Positions 25,262-39,401 of a stretch of 64,000 nt of DNA are shown in pieces. The DNA comes from Piromyces finnis finn. Its lineage: Eukaryota; Fungi; Neocallimastigomycota. The notes below the pieces were generated by a model, which ran no database searches, had not been told where the DNA came from, and saw only the letters and a program-made list of their open reading frames with translations. The stretch's first letter is position 1. Each line of letters begins with the position of its first letter. The stretch covers positions 1,116,001-1,180,000 of the forward strand of contig MCFH01000003.1 in the NCBI GenBank assembly GCA_002104945.1. The letters run 5' to 3'. Made by a program: the position numbers and the translations under genes.

Positions 25262-27581
25262 TATGATTTTATTTTATATTTATTTGATTTGTTATTGTTC
25301 GTTATTTTTTTTTTTTTTTTTTTTGAATAAAATAAAAAAAATTGAAATTAAATTATAGATTTTAATTAATTATTATAATAATTCTATTGATTATTGATAT
25401 TTCAAAGGTCCTTTTCTTTGAAATTAATTTTTTTTATCTATTGAATTTTCTATTGTATAAATGAATAAATATATTGTAAAAATAATAATAATAATAGATT
25501 TTTAAATAATATTTTAATATTGCAATAAATATTTATTATATTTTTTCCTTTACAAATAAATTAGAATTTGATTTTCCTAAAAGATAATATAATTTGATAG
25601 ATAAATACAATAATATTATAAAATAAAACAAAAAAAAAAGTCAATAATTATTGTCAAGTATTTTTAAATTTCATGATGAAAAAAAAAATAGATTTCATTC
25701 TTGTTTAACCGAAAATTTACTGTTTTTTTTTTTTTTTTAATAAAAAAAAACAAGAACAAATATGCAGGTTTATTTATTTATCTATATTCCTTTTTTTTTT
25801 AAATAGATATTTATAATAATATCAATTGAATATATATGTTTTTAAAAAAAAAAAAAAAGTAAATCCATTCTTTACCATTTATATATTATCCTTCAATAAC
25901 TTATATATTCATAGATAATAATTTAAACAAAATAAAAATTATGGTATATATTGTTTATAGATATATACATATAATTCATATAATTTACAATGAATAAATA
26001 AAAGTTGAATGAACAAATAAATAAAAAAAAATGTTGATTTGTTTTTCTTTTTCTTTTTTTTTTTTATTTATTCGTTTGTTTATTTATTTCGAAAAATAAT
26101 TGATAAAGTGAATGAAGTTGAAATTATAATTCTTTCGATATTATGATATTATATATATACAATGTATACAGTGTATATTCCTGCTAGTTTATAAAATGAT
26201 TTAGTGGTAGTCGATAGCACTGAAGTTTAAACTTTTTCTTAATGGAAAAAAAAAAAAAAAGGAAATAAATTGAAAAGAAAATAAAATTGTATTTCAAAAA
26301 GACTAAGAAAATAATTTTTTTTTAAGTTTCCCAGTCTTTTTTTTTTTCTTCTTTCACTTTCAACAATCACAATTTGTGGTTCCTTTTTCTTTTGCTTTTT
26401 TGCTTTTTGGTTTGGTTTGGTTTGATTTTGTTTTTTTATAAAGTAAATGAAGACTTTTTGAACTTTTTTTTTTTTAAAAAAAAAAAAAATTTGAAAACTT
26501 TTTAATTAAGTATTTTGACTATATATTGCATTATATTGTAATATATTGTCAATATAAAAATAAATTTTATGTTTAAAACAAATTGTATTCATAATATATT
26601 TCCTATTATTTAATAATATATTGTTTATTGTACTATTAAATGGAAAAGGAATTATAATAATATAGTGTATAATATATTAAGAAGTTTAAATAATAAAAAA
26701 AATCCCCAAAATTAATAACTTAATGGATAAATAATTATATAATAAATAAATAACTATATAAAATTAAATGAATAAATTAAATAAAAAGGCCATTGTTTTA
26801 TTTTTTGGCAAAAGCAACCAGAAGAAAGAAAACTTTTGCAAGTCAAGGCACAGTAAAGCATTTTAACCGATTAAAAGTTATTGAAAAGATAGAAATGTTA
26901 AAATAAAAAAGGATTTCTTTTCTTATCTTATAAGAAGATGAAATAAATGAAAAAATAAAAAAAAAAAGTGATTATATACTTTCAATATGCTTTTTTATTG
27001 TTGTTGTTATAATAAAATGATTTAAATCCTTTGTATTTTGTATAGATTAATTTCTTATATTTTAAATATTATTAAAAGTAATTAATATTACTTTCTCCCT
27101 TTCTCCATTTCTTCTTCTTCTTCTTAACCATGGGTTTGTTTTAGTTTTAGTTTTATGAAGGCATTTAATCTTTATCTTCTTCATGAAAAGTCTTAAAGAA
27201 ATTCATGAAAAGTTCACTTTTTCTCCTTTTTTTATTTCTGATTTTTTAAATTAAAAATATATTAAAAAATTTTATTATTTCATTTATTATATAATAAATT
27301 TTAATTTATTTTTGTGTAATATTCAAAATATTAATAAATAAAGTTTATTCTATATTAAAAATGAATCTTTAATTACATCTACATTATTATGTACAATGTA
27401 AATGTTATAACCAATAAAATAAAAGAAAATTTAATGTATCAGAAAATGGTTAACTTTTTGGTGTGTGTAGCGTTGGTAGGTAGGTGTAAAAATGGGATGG
27501 AATAATGAAATAATAGAATAACAAATTTGGAGATATAATAAATACGGTAAAAGAAAGTTTTAAAATATAAAAGATAGTCAT

Positions 27582-28013
27582 AGTAATAGTAATAGTAATA
27601 GTAATAGTAATAGTAATAGTAATAGTAATAGTAATAGTAATAGTAATAGTAATAGTAATAGTAATAGTAATAGTAATAGTAATAGTAATAGTAATAGTAA
27701 TAGTAATAGTAATAGTAATAGTAATAGTAATAGTAATAGTAATAGTAATAGTAATAGTAATAGTAATAGTAATAGTAATAGTAATAGTAATAGTAATAGT
27801 AATAGTAATAGTAATAGTAATAGTAATAGTAATAGTAATAGTAATAGTAATAGTAATAGTAATAGTAATAGTAATAGTAATAGTAATAGTAATAGTAATA
27901 GTAATAGTAATAGTAATATTCAAAGTAATAGTAATAGTAATATTCAAAGTAATAGTAATAGTAATATTCAAAGTAATAGTAATAGTAATAGTAATAGTCA
28001 AAGTAATAGTAAT
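27582..28013. repeat. (AGTAAT)n hexanucleotide microsatellite
   Basis: About 56 perfect units at 27582-27917, followed by units interrupted by attcaa/agtcaa variants. Confidence 0.97.
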
Positions 28014-30085
28014 AAATAATATAAATTTTAAAGATGAGAAAAAAAAAAGTAGTTTAATTAAAAATAGTTAATACTTTTATCATATAAAAGAACAATTGTT
28101 TAATATTAATGGACATAGCTATATTTAAAAAATAAAAAATCAACCTTTTTTTCATTATCTTTTAAAAACATTTAATAGTTTTTCATTAAACTTTATAAAG
28201 GAAATAAATTATTCAAAATAAAATTATATCGCTTGCTTTGAATTGTATTGTTATATATAAAATTAGATACATAAACATACAATTTTTTAGATAATTGAAT
28301 TAAAAACATACATACAAATACACACATGTACACCCATACATACATATATACATGCATATTTTCACTTTTTACTTAACCATACTATACAAATTCAATTAGA
28401 ATAATTTAAAATTATAAAACATTCATATATATTTGGTTTTCTAATAGTACTAATTACTATTTGACCGGAAAATATAAATATTTAAAAATTTAATTACTTT
28501 GGAAATACGCTTTACCGAGTGAGTTATATTAGCAAAACTCTATATAATAAATAAAAAATAATTTATAATCCATATAATCTATAGCGAGTGTTTTTTCTTT
28601 ACTTTTCTTCCTTTTCCTTTTTCTTTCTATTAAAATTTTGAAAGTTTTGGAAGACAGAATATTTGAAATGGAATTATAAAAAAAAATTAAATAAAAATTA
28701 AAAAAGTATATATAATTTTTAATTCTAAAAATATTTTTTTTTTTAAATTTTAAACTTTATCTATGAATAGACATTCTATAATTACTTCATTTGAAATGAT
28801 GGTTTTAATACAATTTATAACCTTTTTTGTTTTATAAAGTAAAGAAAAGAAGAAGAAAAAAAAAAGAAAGAAATAAAACTTTGATTTTTATAATCTAAAA
28901 TAATTTTAAAGTTAGAATAAAAAAAATTCACATTTAAAAAATATTTATAAAAAAAAAAAATAAAAACAAAAAATACAAGAGTCTAAAATGAAAGTGTTAA
29001 TTCAATTTAAAAAAAATGGTAGAAATTATCCTAACTTTATTAAAGAGTATTTTTTTTTCTTTTAATTGAATTATAGAGAGTTAGGATAATTTTTACCTTT
29101 TTTTTTTATATAAAATTAAAGTGTAGATTTTATATAAGATTCAAAACTTTAATTAAATAAAAAGCATTTTTATATCTATTTTTAAAATAGACTTTTTTTT
29201 TTTTTTCTATATCTTATTTTATGGTAAATGTTAATATTATTATTATTATTATTGTTTTAAAAAATGAAAAATATAGAGGAAAATATAATTCATTAATAAT
29301 TTTTTATTTTTCTTTTTCTTTTTTTTTTTTTTTTTTATAAATATAGTATCAAAAAGTGTATGACGTTTAAAATTAACATTATTGAAAATATAATCATCCA
29401 AGAAAAAAAAAATAAAATAAAATTAGATATTATGCTTTTTGATACAACTCTATTTGAATATTAATTCATTTTGATCTTTACAACACTATTTATAAAAAAA
29501 AAAAAAAAGAAAATATCTTTTTCATTATTAAAAAAAATACTTTCAATTTATATTTATACAATTAATTTTAATTAATTGAAATTATCCATGTAAGATATTT
29601 AAAATATTTATTATACTTTTTTTTTTCTTTTCTTTTTTTATTATTATATAAAATTCTAATAATTTATATAATAAAAATGAATAATTCATTTTCATTTTTT
29701 ATTATTTTTATTTAAAATCAAGTTTCTTTTTTTAAAGATTATTATTTTTTTTCTTTAAACTTTCTATCTTTCCATAATAATAATAATTTATTCTAATAAG
29801 AACTATTTCCATTAGAATAAATTATCATCTTCATTCTTATTTAAGAATTATTTTTTTTTAAAAAAGAAAAATAAATATATATACAACGATTAAAACCTTT
29901 TTTTTCTTTTTAATTATCTTTTTATTAAAATATATATAGTATACCTATAGAATATTATATATATATATATATAATTTTTGTTTATATTCCTTTATAATAT
30001 ATATTATCATATAAATCGACGCATCGAGGAGGAAAAAAAATAATAATAATAAATAAATAAAAATAAGAAAATAATTTAAAATAAA

Positions 30086-33000
30086 ATGAAATTTTCATTA
30101 GTAAATCTTTTATTAATTGGATTATTCTCAAAATATGTTGTATCCTCGTCGGTGTATAATGATGGAAAAAGTAATATATCAAATGTAAAAGAAGAAGTGG
30201 AAAAAGAAATATTACCATTAACTTTAGACGAAAAAATTGATAACGTTTTAAATATTAATGAAGAAGAAAATGATAGTTATTCTAATTCAACTTCCATTTT
30301 AATAAACCCTAAATATAATAATAAACCAGTTCAATCTATTTTAATTCAATTAGCAAATTCAGATGAACTTAAAATCGATGAACTTGACAAAATCGCTTAT
30401 GATTTAGCCGAAAAACATGGTTTACCTAACCCTATTCCAATTGGTCAATTAAAAGGATATTATAAATTTGAAATTACGGGTAGTATTCGATCCAGTTTAC
30501 AAAAACGTAGAATTAAAAGACATATTAAACGATTAAATGAAGAAACTGAAGTTGTAAAATGGATTGATTTAGATAGAAATGTTAATCTTTCAAAAAGATC
30601 AATTTCACTTAACGATTTCCGAGACCCTCTTGCTAGTAAACAATGGAATATTGTAATTCTATACCATTTTATATATATATATTTAAAAAAAAAATAATGA
30701 TAAAATCTAAACTTGTTTTCTTTTTTTTTTTTAATATATATAATAATATACATAAATTAAATAAACATAAATTACGGTATTTACAATTTGTTGATGGGGT
30801 ATGTTTTATTAGTTTGATAATTCTGATAAAACTATTAATGTTTTAAAAGTTTGGAATCAAGGTAATAAATAAATAATAAATAATAATATAAATAAAATTG
30901 ATTCTACTTTTTTTTTTATTTAATAAAGAAAAAGAAAAGAAAAAAACAAAGTAATTTATTAATAAATAATTTCTAAAAAAAATAATTTTTATTAGGTATT
31001 ACTGGAAAAGGTGTTAGAGTTTGTGTTGTCGATGATGGATTAAATTATCTTCATCCAGATATTAAAGATAATTATGTAAATATATCTTTATATATTTTTA
31101 TTTATTTTTTTTGTAATAAAATAAAAACTATAAAATATAAAAAAACTTTAATAATAAAATATATTTCTTGATTTCTTCTTCTTCTTTTTCACTCCGAAAT
31201 TATTTAAAGTATGCCGCTGGTTCTTATGATTATAATGCCCATACTAATGATCCAATACCAAAAAAACATGATGATCATCATGGTACAAGATGTGCTGGTG
31301 AAATAGCAGCGGGTAAAAATGATTATTGTGGTGTTGGTGTTGCATATAATGCTCAAGTTTCAGGTAAACTTAATAATTATACATAGAGAAATAGATAGAT
31401 AGATAGGCATGATATTTTATTTTAAAAATTTAAAAATATTATATATATAAATAATTCAAAACTTTTACCTTAAAATATTAAACACACACCACACCCACAC
31501 ACAAATATACATATATTTATACTAAATTTTTTTAAACTATTTTTTTTATTATTCAAAAGGTGTAAGAATTTTATCTGGTAGTTTAACAGTATCTGATGAA
31601 GCCGCTTCATTAAATTATGATTATCATAATAATCATATATATTCATGTAGTTGGGGTCCAACAGATGATGGTAAAACGGTTGAAGAACCAAGTGGAATTA
31701 CAAAAAGAGCATTTATTAATGGTGTTACCAATGGACGTAATGGTAAAGGAAATATTTATGTATTTGCTACAGGAAATGGTGCACTTAAAGGAGATAATTG
31801 GTAATTTAAAAAAAATTAAACAATAGCATTCATAATCTATATTCTATGCTATTTTTTTTTTTTATATATATCAAAAAAAATTTTTTTTTATTTCTTTTAT
31901 TAACTTATTTCTATTTAATAAATAGTAACTTTGATGGATATACAAATAGTATTTACACTATTTCAATTGGTGCCATTACCTATGAAGATAAAAAATCATC
32001 TTATTCAGAAGAATGTTCCGCTCAATTAGCCGTTACCTACAGTAGTGGTTCCGGAAAATATATTGTAAGTCTTTTTTTTTTTTTTTATTTTAAAAAAATA
32101 TATAAATATATAATAAATATCCATTTTTATTTTTTCTATATATCAAACATTATAATAATATTATTATTATAATTACTATAATGTTTGATAATGATGATGA
32201 TTGATAATATTATTTTTCACTTTCATTGATTAAAATTTAAAATTTGTGGAAAATTTTTTGTTTAAAATAAAATTGAATTTATAATTATAAATAATTTAAA
32301 TTATTAATAAATATTTTCTTTTACTAATTTTTATTCTGTCATAAATATAAAATATATATTTAATAAAAAATGTATTCTTTTTTTTTCCTTTTAACTTTAG
32401 TCAACAACAGATAGTACCATAAATAATTTATCATCCCCAATATGTACAAGTTCTCATGGTGGTACATCAGCTGCTGCACCAATTGCTGCTGGTATTTTTG
32501 CATTAGTTCTTTCTGTTAGGTAAGTTTTTTTTTGTCATTAAATAATATTCTACATAAGAGTATTTATTGTTAATTATTATTATTTTTTATTTTTATATTT
32601 TTAAATAAATTATATATTCATATATTCATTATTATCTTTTTTTTTTAAATTTACGTCTAAATAAAATGTATATACAAATAAAATAATATTAAAATCAATA
32701 ATGATAAAAAAAAATAATAAAAACTAAAAATAGACCAGAATTACATTGGAGAGATATTCAATATTTAAGTATGGAAACTGCTATTCCAGTAGATGTTAGT
32801 GATTCTGATTGGGCATTATTACCATCAGGAAGAATGTATAATCATAAATATGGTTATGGTAAATTAGATGCCTACAAAATTGTTGAAAGAGCAAAAACAT
32901 GGGAATTAGTTAATGAAGCCACTTCCTTTACCACAGATAAACAATTTGAAAATGATATTATTGATGTTTTAAATAGTAAGATTTATGTATCAGAAAGTGA

Positions 33001-33726
33001 TGTTAAGAATATTAAAAATGTTGAACAAATTACAGTGACGGTAGATATTGAACATCAATGTAGAGGTGAATTACAAGTTGAGTTAATATCTCCAAATAAT
33101 GTTGTTTCCATTCTTGCTACTAGAAGAGTAAATGATCATAGTAGAGATGGTTTACGTAATTGGACTTTTATGACTGTTAAGCATTGGTAAATTTTTTTTT
33201 ATCCCAATTACAAAATATATAATAAATAATATAAGAAAAAAATGTATTGACTTTTTTTTTTTATTCATTTATCAATTTTTATTATATTCTTTAAATGAAT
33301 TAATAAAACAAAAATAGGGATGAAAATCCAGTGGGTTATTGGACTTTAAGAGTTACAGATAAAGTAAAGAATCAAAAATTTGGTAGATTATACAGTTGGT
33401 ACATGACAATTAATGGTCAATTAAAGGATAATAAAGTTGGAAATAATAGTTTAGGTAATTTTAAAAGAGAACAAGTAGAAGAAGTTGGTATAGAAGAAAC
33501 TTCTGAAGAAACTCTTGCTACCACTTCAGTTAACCTTTCAAAAAGAGAAGCCATGATGGAAGCAATACATCAACACAAAATTCCAATAACATGTTTATTT
33601 GTTGTATTATTATCGGTTGCCTGTGTTTGCTCAATTATGCATATAAGAAAATTAAAATCTAAAAAAACTATCGATGAATCAATAAATGATGATACACCAC
33701 AAATGTCATCATTATTAGCCATCTAA
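30086..33726 (+). CDS. KEX2: Kexin, subtilisin-like proprotein convertase (S8B) with P-domain and C-terminal TM; 9 exons
   Basis: Exons 30086-30652, 30813-30861, 30996-31075, 31210-31363, 31560-31800, 31926-32064, 32401-32519, 32734-33186 and 33318-33726. The product has a signal peptide, a prodomain ending in KR, and catalytic motifs VVDDG, HGTRCAGE, GNG and GGTSAAAP. The P-domain (H..RGELQVELISP) is followed by the TM segment IPITCLFVVLLSVACVCSIM. Confidence 0.95.
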
Positions 33727-34010
33727 AAAAATGGAAATGAATTTATTACATTTTTTTAAAAAAAAAAAAAAAAAATCATACCACTAATACCGAATTCCTT
33801 ATCATATAATAGATATAATACATTTTAAATCTTTAAAAAAAAAAAAAAGATAATTATTATTATCCTATATATATAATATAATATAAAATGTTTAAATTTT
33901 GAATTTTAATATAGATTTTAGATATAAATAGATTTAGTATAAAAAAAAAAAAAAAAAAACATATTTATTAATAGTTTTGTTTAATAACATTTTAGTTGAT
34001 GTTATATAAA

Positions 34011-34047
<37 letters not shown>

Positions 34048-34368
34048 TATTGATTAATTATTTATTTATTTACACTATCCAGGATTTTTTGATATTTTAT
34101 CCTTTTCATTTTGTTTCTTTTACAAAAAAAAAATAAAATAAAATAAATTAAATTCTAATTTTAAAAGAATATAAAGTAGATATATGATGGGGGGAAATGT
34201 ATTTTCTTTTATTATTTTAATTATATAAAAAAAAATTAGGTTAAAAAAAAAAAAGTTACACCTTTTTTATATAAGTGATCTTCATTAAACATTTATATGT
34301 AATAATAAAAAGATATATATTATCATTTTTCCTTTTTATTTTTTAACCTTTTTTATTTTCTATTGAAA

Positions 34369-35793
34369 TTAGAATATACCATTATCATTGATCTCAAATT
34401 CTAAAATATTTGTTTTTGTTGGTAGGATAAAACAGCCAACAAATTTTGATTTATTATTTACATTATTCGTGAGAGAATTTAATTCCTCTGGTAGTTCCAG
34501 TAAACTTTCTGGATGTCGCGATAATAACAATTTAAAATCTATTAAATCTTTTTGAAAAACACTATAATACGAAAAATTTGATACAAGAGACTTAAAAACT
34601 AACTTGTTATTTTGAAGTCCAATAAAATATTCTAAACCATGGTGATTACCTGGAATGGATGAACGGTATAACGTATTTATCAAATCTTCATTAATATTCA
34701 TTGGGGTATAAATTTGATCATCATTATTTACGAAACCGTAATCACTTTTGTAATTACGTGTTGTGAGAAATAGGGTTATTTTATATTTCTGTGTGAGTAG
34801 TTTTAATAGTTTATTTAATTGACGGTAGACGACAGAAGAGGATAAGATGTATTCTGATTTCTTTTTTTCCGTTACATTTCTTCGAATGGATTCTTCCTCT
34901 ATATCGATATAATAAAACATGGAAATAGAATCAATCATAATATACAATAGAGTGGGGTATAAATCTTTTAGGTTCATTAAAGATACTAAAAGTGAAAATG
35001 TATTTTGTGGTTTTATAATATTAAAATATTTTAAACACATTTTAAGTATACTATTTATTTGGCTATTATCCTCTTCATCTGAAAGCAGCAACAGCTGTTG
35101 TTGTTGTTGCTGCTGCTGCTGTTGTTGTTCGAATTCATTTCCCTGAAGTATTTTTAATTTCTTTAAAAGTTGAAATTTCAATATTTTAACTAAACGACCA
35201 AAATTAAACCGATTATCACAGTCAAAATAATATATTGTTTCACATTGCGGTATATACTTTATTATATATTCTTTATTCAACAGTATAATCCTCTCGATAT
35301 TACCATTATTGGGTTGAGGTGGGGTTGGTTCATATTGACTATTTTCTGATCCTTTCATAATAATAAGATTATTTATTAGGAGTGTTGAAATAATATGTAT
35401 CAATATTTCTGTTTTTCCTGTACATGTTGAACCATTGATTTCAAAACAACTTCCTGCTTTAACTTTTTTTGTTGTAAAATTTATTAAATTATCTAAAAAA
35501 TTAATATTAAAAGCAGGAAGAAATTTGTCTTTTTTTCTTTCATTGATTACCTTTTTTTTTTTATAATTTTAGAAATAATAAAATATTATAATATTATATG
35601 TATTAATATCATAATAATAAATAATATGTTCATTTATTTATTTATCGTTATTAAATATATATATATATATATATATATATTCTAAAAAAAAAAAAAAAAA
35701 TAAAGAATTAGATATAAAACTTTAAATGGTTATTACATCACCAAGGGTTGTAGTTTCAATCCTGTCCAATATTTTATTTATATCATATTGCAT
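34369..35793 (-). CDS. XRCC2: RAD51 paralogue, XRCC2-like; 2 exons
   Basis: Exon 1 (35793-35737, MQYDINKILDRIETTTLGD) splices in frame to exon 2 (35550-34369). Motifs are Walker A GSTCTGKT, FDCDNRFNFGRLVKIL, Walker B-like IMIDSISMFYYID and KITLFLTT, matching the XRCC2 pattern. Confidence 0.8.
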
Positions 35794-36170
35794 TTTCGAC
35801 TTTTACATTATAATTTACAATATATTATAAAGTAATCTTGATGTTTAATATACCGTTATATATATCGTCCTTTGTCTTTTGATAGTAATTTTAAAATGGT
35901 TCTTTTTAATTTTAAATTAAAAAAACAAAGTTTCCCTTTTTTTCTTAATAAAGGCAAAAAAAAGAATTTTTTTTTTATTTTAAAGCTTGCAAAAATTGCC
36001 CAATCAAAGAATTTTTTTAAAACTAAAATTTTGTTAAAAAATTTTTAAAATTATGCCAATTTAAATAAAAAATTATTTTTTAAAGTTTTGTAAAAATAAA
36101 ACTTGTTCTTTTGACGCAGATTAAAAAAAAGAAAAGAAAAGATCTATCGACTCTAAAAGAAAAGAAAACG

Positions 36171-37267
36171 ATGAATAAGGAAATTGAAGAACAAATTTTA
36201 AAATATGAAAAGTTTGTTAATGATACATTAAAACCAAAATTAAAAAATGAATTAGATTTAAGAGATAAAATTTATGATGAAATTTCCGAATAGTAAGTCC
36301 ACATTTATTCATCATTTAAAAAATAATATTACCATCCATGTTATTTCTTTTTTAAATTGAAAATTAATATTATATTATATGTATATATATTTAAAAACAT
36401 TATTACTATCCCAATTCTATTTTTACAACAATAACTACAATCAACTCCACCTACCATTACATAATAATGATACTAATTAAAATCAATTACATATTTTTTT
36501 TTATTTATTAAAAATAAAAAATAGTTCAAAGCTTGATACAAAAATTGAATTTATTAAAGAAAATAATTTAAAAAAATTAAGAACTAAAGTGGATCTTGGT
36601 TCAAATTTCTATGTTAATGCTGAAGTGTACCTATCTACTATATATATTAATATCATTTCTAATAATAATTAAATTTTAAAAGAAAAAAACATTTTTTTTT
36701 ATATCTAAATCAAACCAAAATAAAATAAAACAAATTACTTATTTTTTTTTCTTATTGTTAATATCTCATTCTAATAATTAATAATGTAAAAAGAACAGAC
36801 ACTGAATACATATTTATGAATATAGGCTACGGATTTCATGCTCAATTAAAATTAGATGAAGCTCAAAAATATATTGAAAAAAAAAATAAATTATTAGAAA
36901 AGTAACGATATATACATATATATATATATATATTTTAAAAAAAAAAAAAAAAAGAAACAATGACAATAACAAAAATTTTAAGGCATATCAAACAAAATAA
37001 CAATTACAAAATATTTTTGATTATTAATCTATTAATTTTTCATCATCATACATAATAGGAAAGCTGAAAAACACTCTGAAGAAATTGCAAAAATAAAATC
37101 TCATATTAAATTGGTATTTTTTTTTTCAAATTTAATTATAAAAAAAACCTTTTCTATAAATATACAACAATACCTAATATTTGTTTATTTTTTAAATTTT
37201 AAATTTAATTTATTAGGTTTTGGATACAATTCAACAAATTCTCGAATTAAATCAGGAAGAACAATAA
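36171..37267 (+). CDS. UXT: UXT-like alpha-type prefoldin subunit; 5 exons
   Basis: Exons 36171-36292, 36525-36626, 36794-36901, 37059-37113 and 37217-37267. The spliced protein reads ILKYEKFVNDTLKPKL...KVDLGSNFYVNAEVTDTEYIFMNIGYGFHAQLKLDEA, the UXT/prefoldin-alpha hairpin signature. Confidence 0.85.
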
Positions 37268-39401
37268 AAAAAAAAAGTTTATATTTCTATATCAAATAAT
37301 AATTGGTCTCTCATTCGATAGTAAATAATAATCTATTGAAAGTATATATATAATTAATATTAACAAATGGAGTAAATGTTGGTATTCATATTTTTATTAT
37401 TAGAAAAAAAAAAAAAACATGAGATGTTTATTTTTTTTTATTTTATATCTATTTAATTCCTTGAAGAATCATACCCAATATAAAGTTTTTTTTTTTTTAT
37501 TATTTCCATTAATGAAATAATAGAAAGAGATAAGCATTATATTATAAACTTTATTACTATAATCTTTAGAGAGATTAATATTATTTTTTTTAAAAAAAAA
37601 CTTTTTATAAAAAATAATAATAATAATAATAATAATAATAATTATATATTAGTTATTATCTAAAGATGATGGTTTTATAAAATAGCAAATTATTTTTATT
37701 TATTTATTTTTTTTTTATATAGTAGAAACATTAAGAAATATATATTAATAAAAAAGAAAAGAATAATGCAATGGGTGTATCAAATATATGTTTTGTGTAT
37801 GTGTTTGTTAAACATTATTTAAAGAATAGATATTAAAAAGATAGTTTCAAATTGTATTATTATATCCTCAATTTTCTTCTCACTTAAAAGGTATTATCCA
37901 TTTTTGAAATTTTTTTTTTTTTTAATATTTCTATATAAAAAGATGGATTAGCTATTCCTATAATATGTATTATATTTAATAAGGTAGTTAAATCAATAAT
38001 AATAGTTACCATTATCACCATCATCACCACCACCACCACAACAACAAGAACAATAACAAGAGCAACAACAAGAACAACATGAACAACAAAAACAATAAGA
38101 ACAACAACAACAATAATAATAATAAATAGATAATAACTTTTTATTATATACTTTTATTATAGACTATTTAATATTAATTATAATTATAATAAAAAAAAAC
38201 TATAAATATTTTAAACAAATCATTAATCTTTTAATATTTTTTCATTTTTCAATTTCAACACACCTACATTTAACTAAAAGAAGAAACACTAGGAACTTTT
38301 AAAAAAAATAAATTTTTTAAAAATATTTAATTCTTTTTTTTTTCAAATGATATATTAAAAAGTTCAAGATATAAACACTCTTTTTTTTTCAAGAGAAATA
38401 ACTTTTTTCCTACATCAGACATTAGTCAATATTAAATAATAATTATAGAAATGGTGAAATGATAATTGTTTTTCTAGTTAAAAAGTTCATGTTTTTTTGC
38501 TGTTCACTTTTTCTAAAAAAAAGTTGTTTTTTTTAATTTTTAATCTTACCAATAATGGCTATGATCCAATAAAATTTCAGTGTTGTATATTAACAATATA
38601 CTCTTAACAATATATTTTTTATATTAAATTAATCATACGCATATATTAATTTATATTAAAAATATTTTTGGTGAAATGTAAAATTATAATTTTTTTTTTT
38701 TAGTTTGGTTTTGTATATAACAATAAGGTTGACTATTTAATAAGATTATACAAATATAACTTGTTTAAAATTGTTATTTTTTTAAATAAGTTTAAAAATA
38801 ATCAAAACAAACATAATAATTAATAATAATAATAGACATAATAATATTATTATTGTATTTATACGATTCAACTTTAAAAAAAAATGAAAATTGAAAAGTT
38901 TTTATTAATAAAATCTTAATTATTATAAAATAAATTAAAACTTGTGGATTTTAATTAAAATTTACCATTTATAGTTATATTAAATTTTAAAGTATAATTT
39001 CTAGTAAAAAAAAAAAAAAAAAAAATCTCAAAAAACAACCAGCAACACTTTCAACTTTTCGTTTTTCTCATTTTCATTTTCATTTATTTCTTTTTTTTTT
39101 TTTGTAAAAAAGTAAAAATAAGAATTATTGATTTCAAAAAAGCTAAAGGTAAAAAAAGAAAGAAATAAAATATTATTTTCATCTCAAAAATATTTTTCAA
39201 AAAAGAAAATCCTTTACAATTCTAAAAAGTAAAGAGAAATTAAAAGTATAATTGAAATTGAAATTTCACTTTAAAAATACTTTTTTTTAAAATAAAGAAA
39301 AAATAGTTTATTGAGGTGAAATAATATTTATTACTATTAAAAGAATATAAAATAATATTCAAATAAATAAAAAAAAATTAAAAAGGATTTATTCATTCAT
39401 T

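Noticed and set aside
26139-26222. Possible box C/D snoRNA (atgat...ctga)
   Set aside because: The boxes are degenerate and expected by chance in AT-rich DNA. There is no terminal stem, and I could not recognise an rRNA-complementary guide.
27450-28001. 183-aa (TI)n ORF, and the idea that the array is telomeric
   Set aside because: The ORF is just the translation of the microsatellite. The array is internal and lacks the G-rich strand of known fungal telomere repeats.
38000-38125. Mixed CAC/CAA/GAA-rich stretch resembling a His/Gln-rich exon
   Set aside because: It contains in-frame stops and no flanking splice partners. It is a low-complexity repeat.
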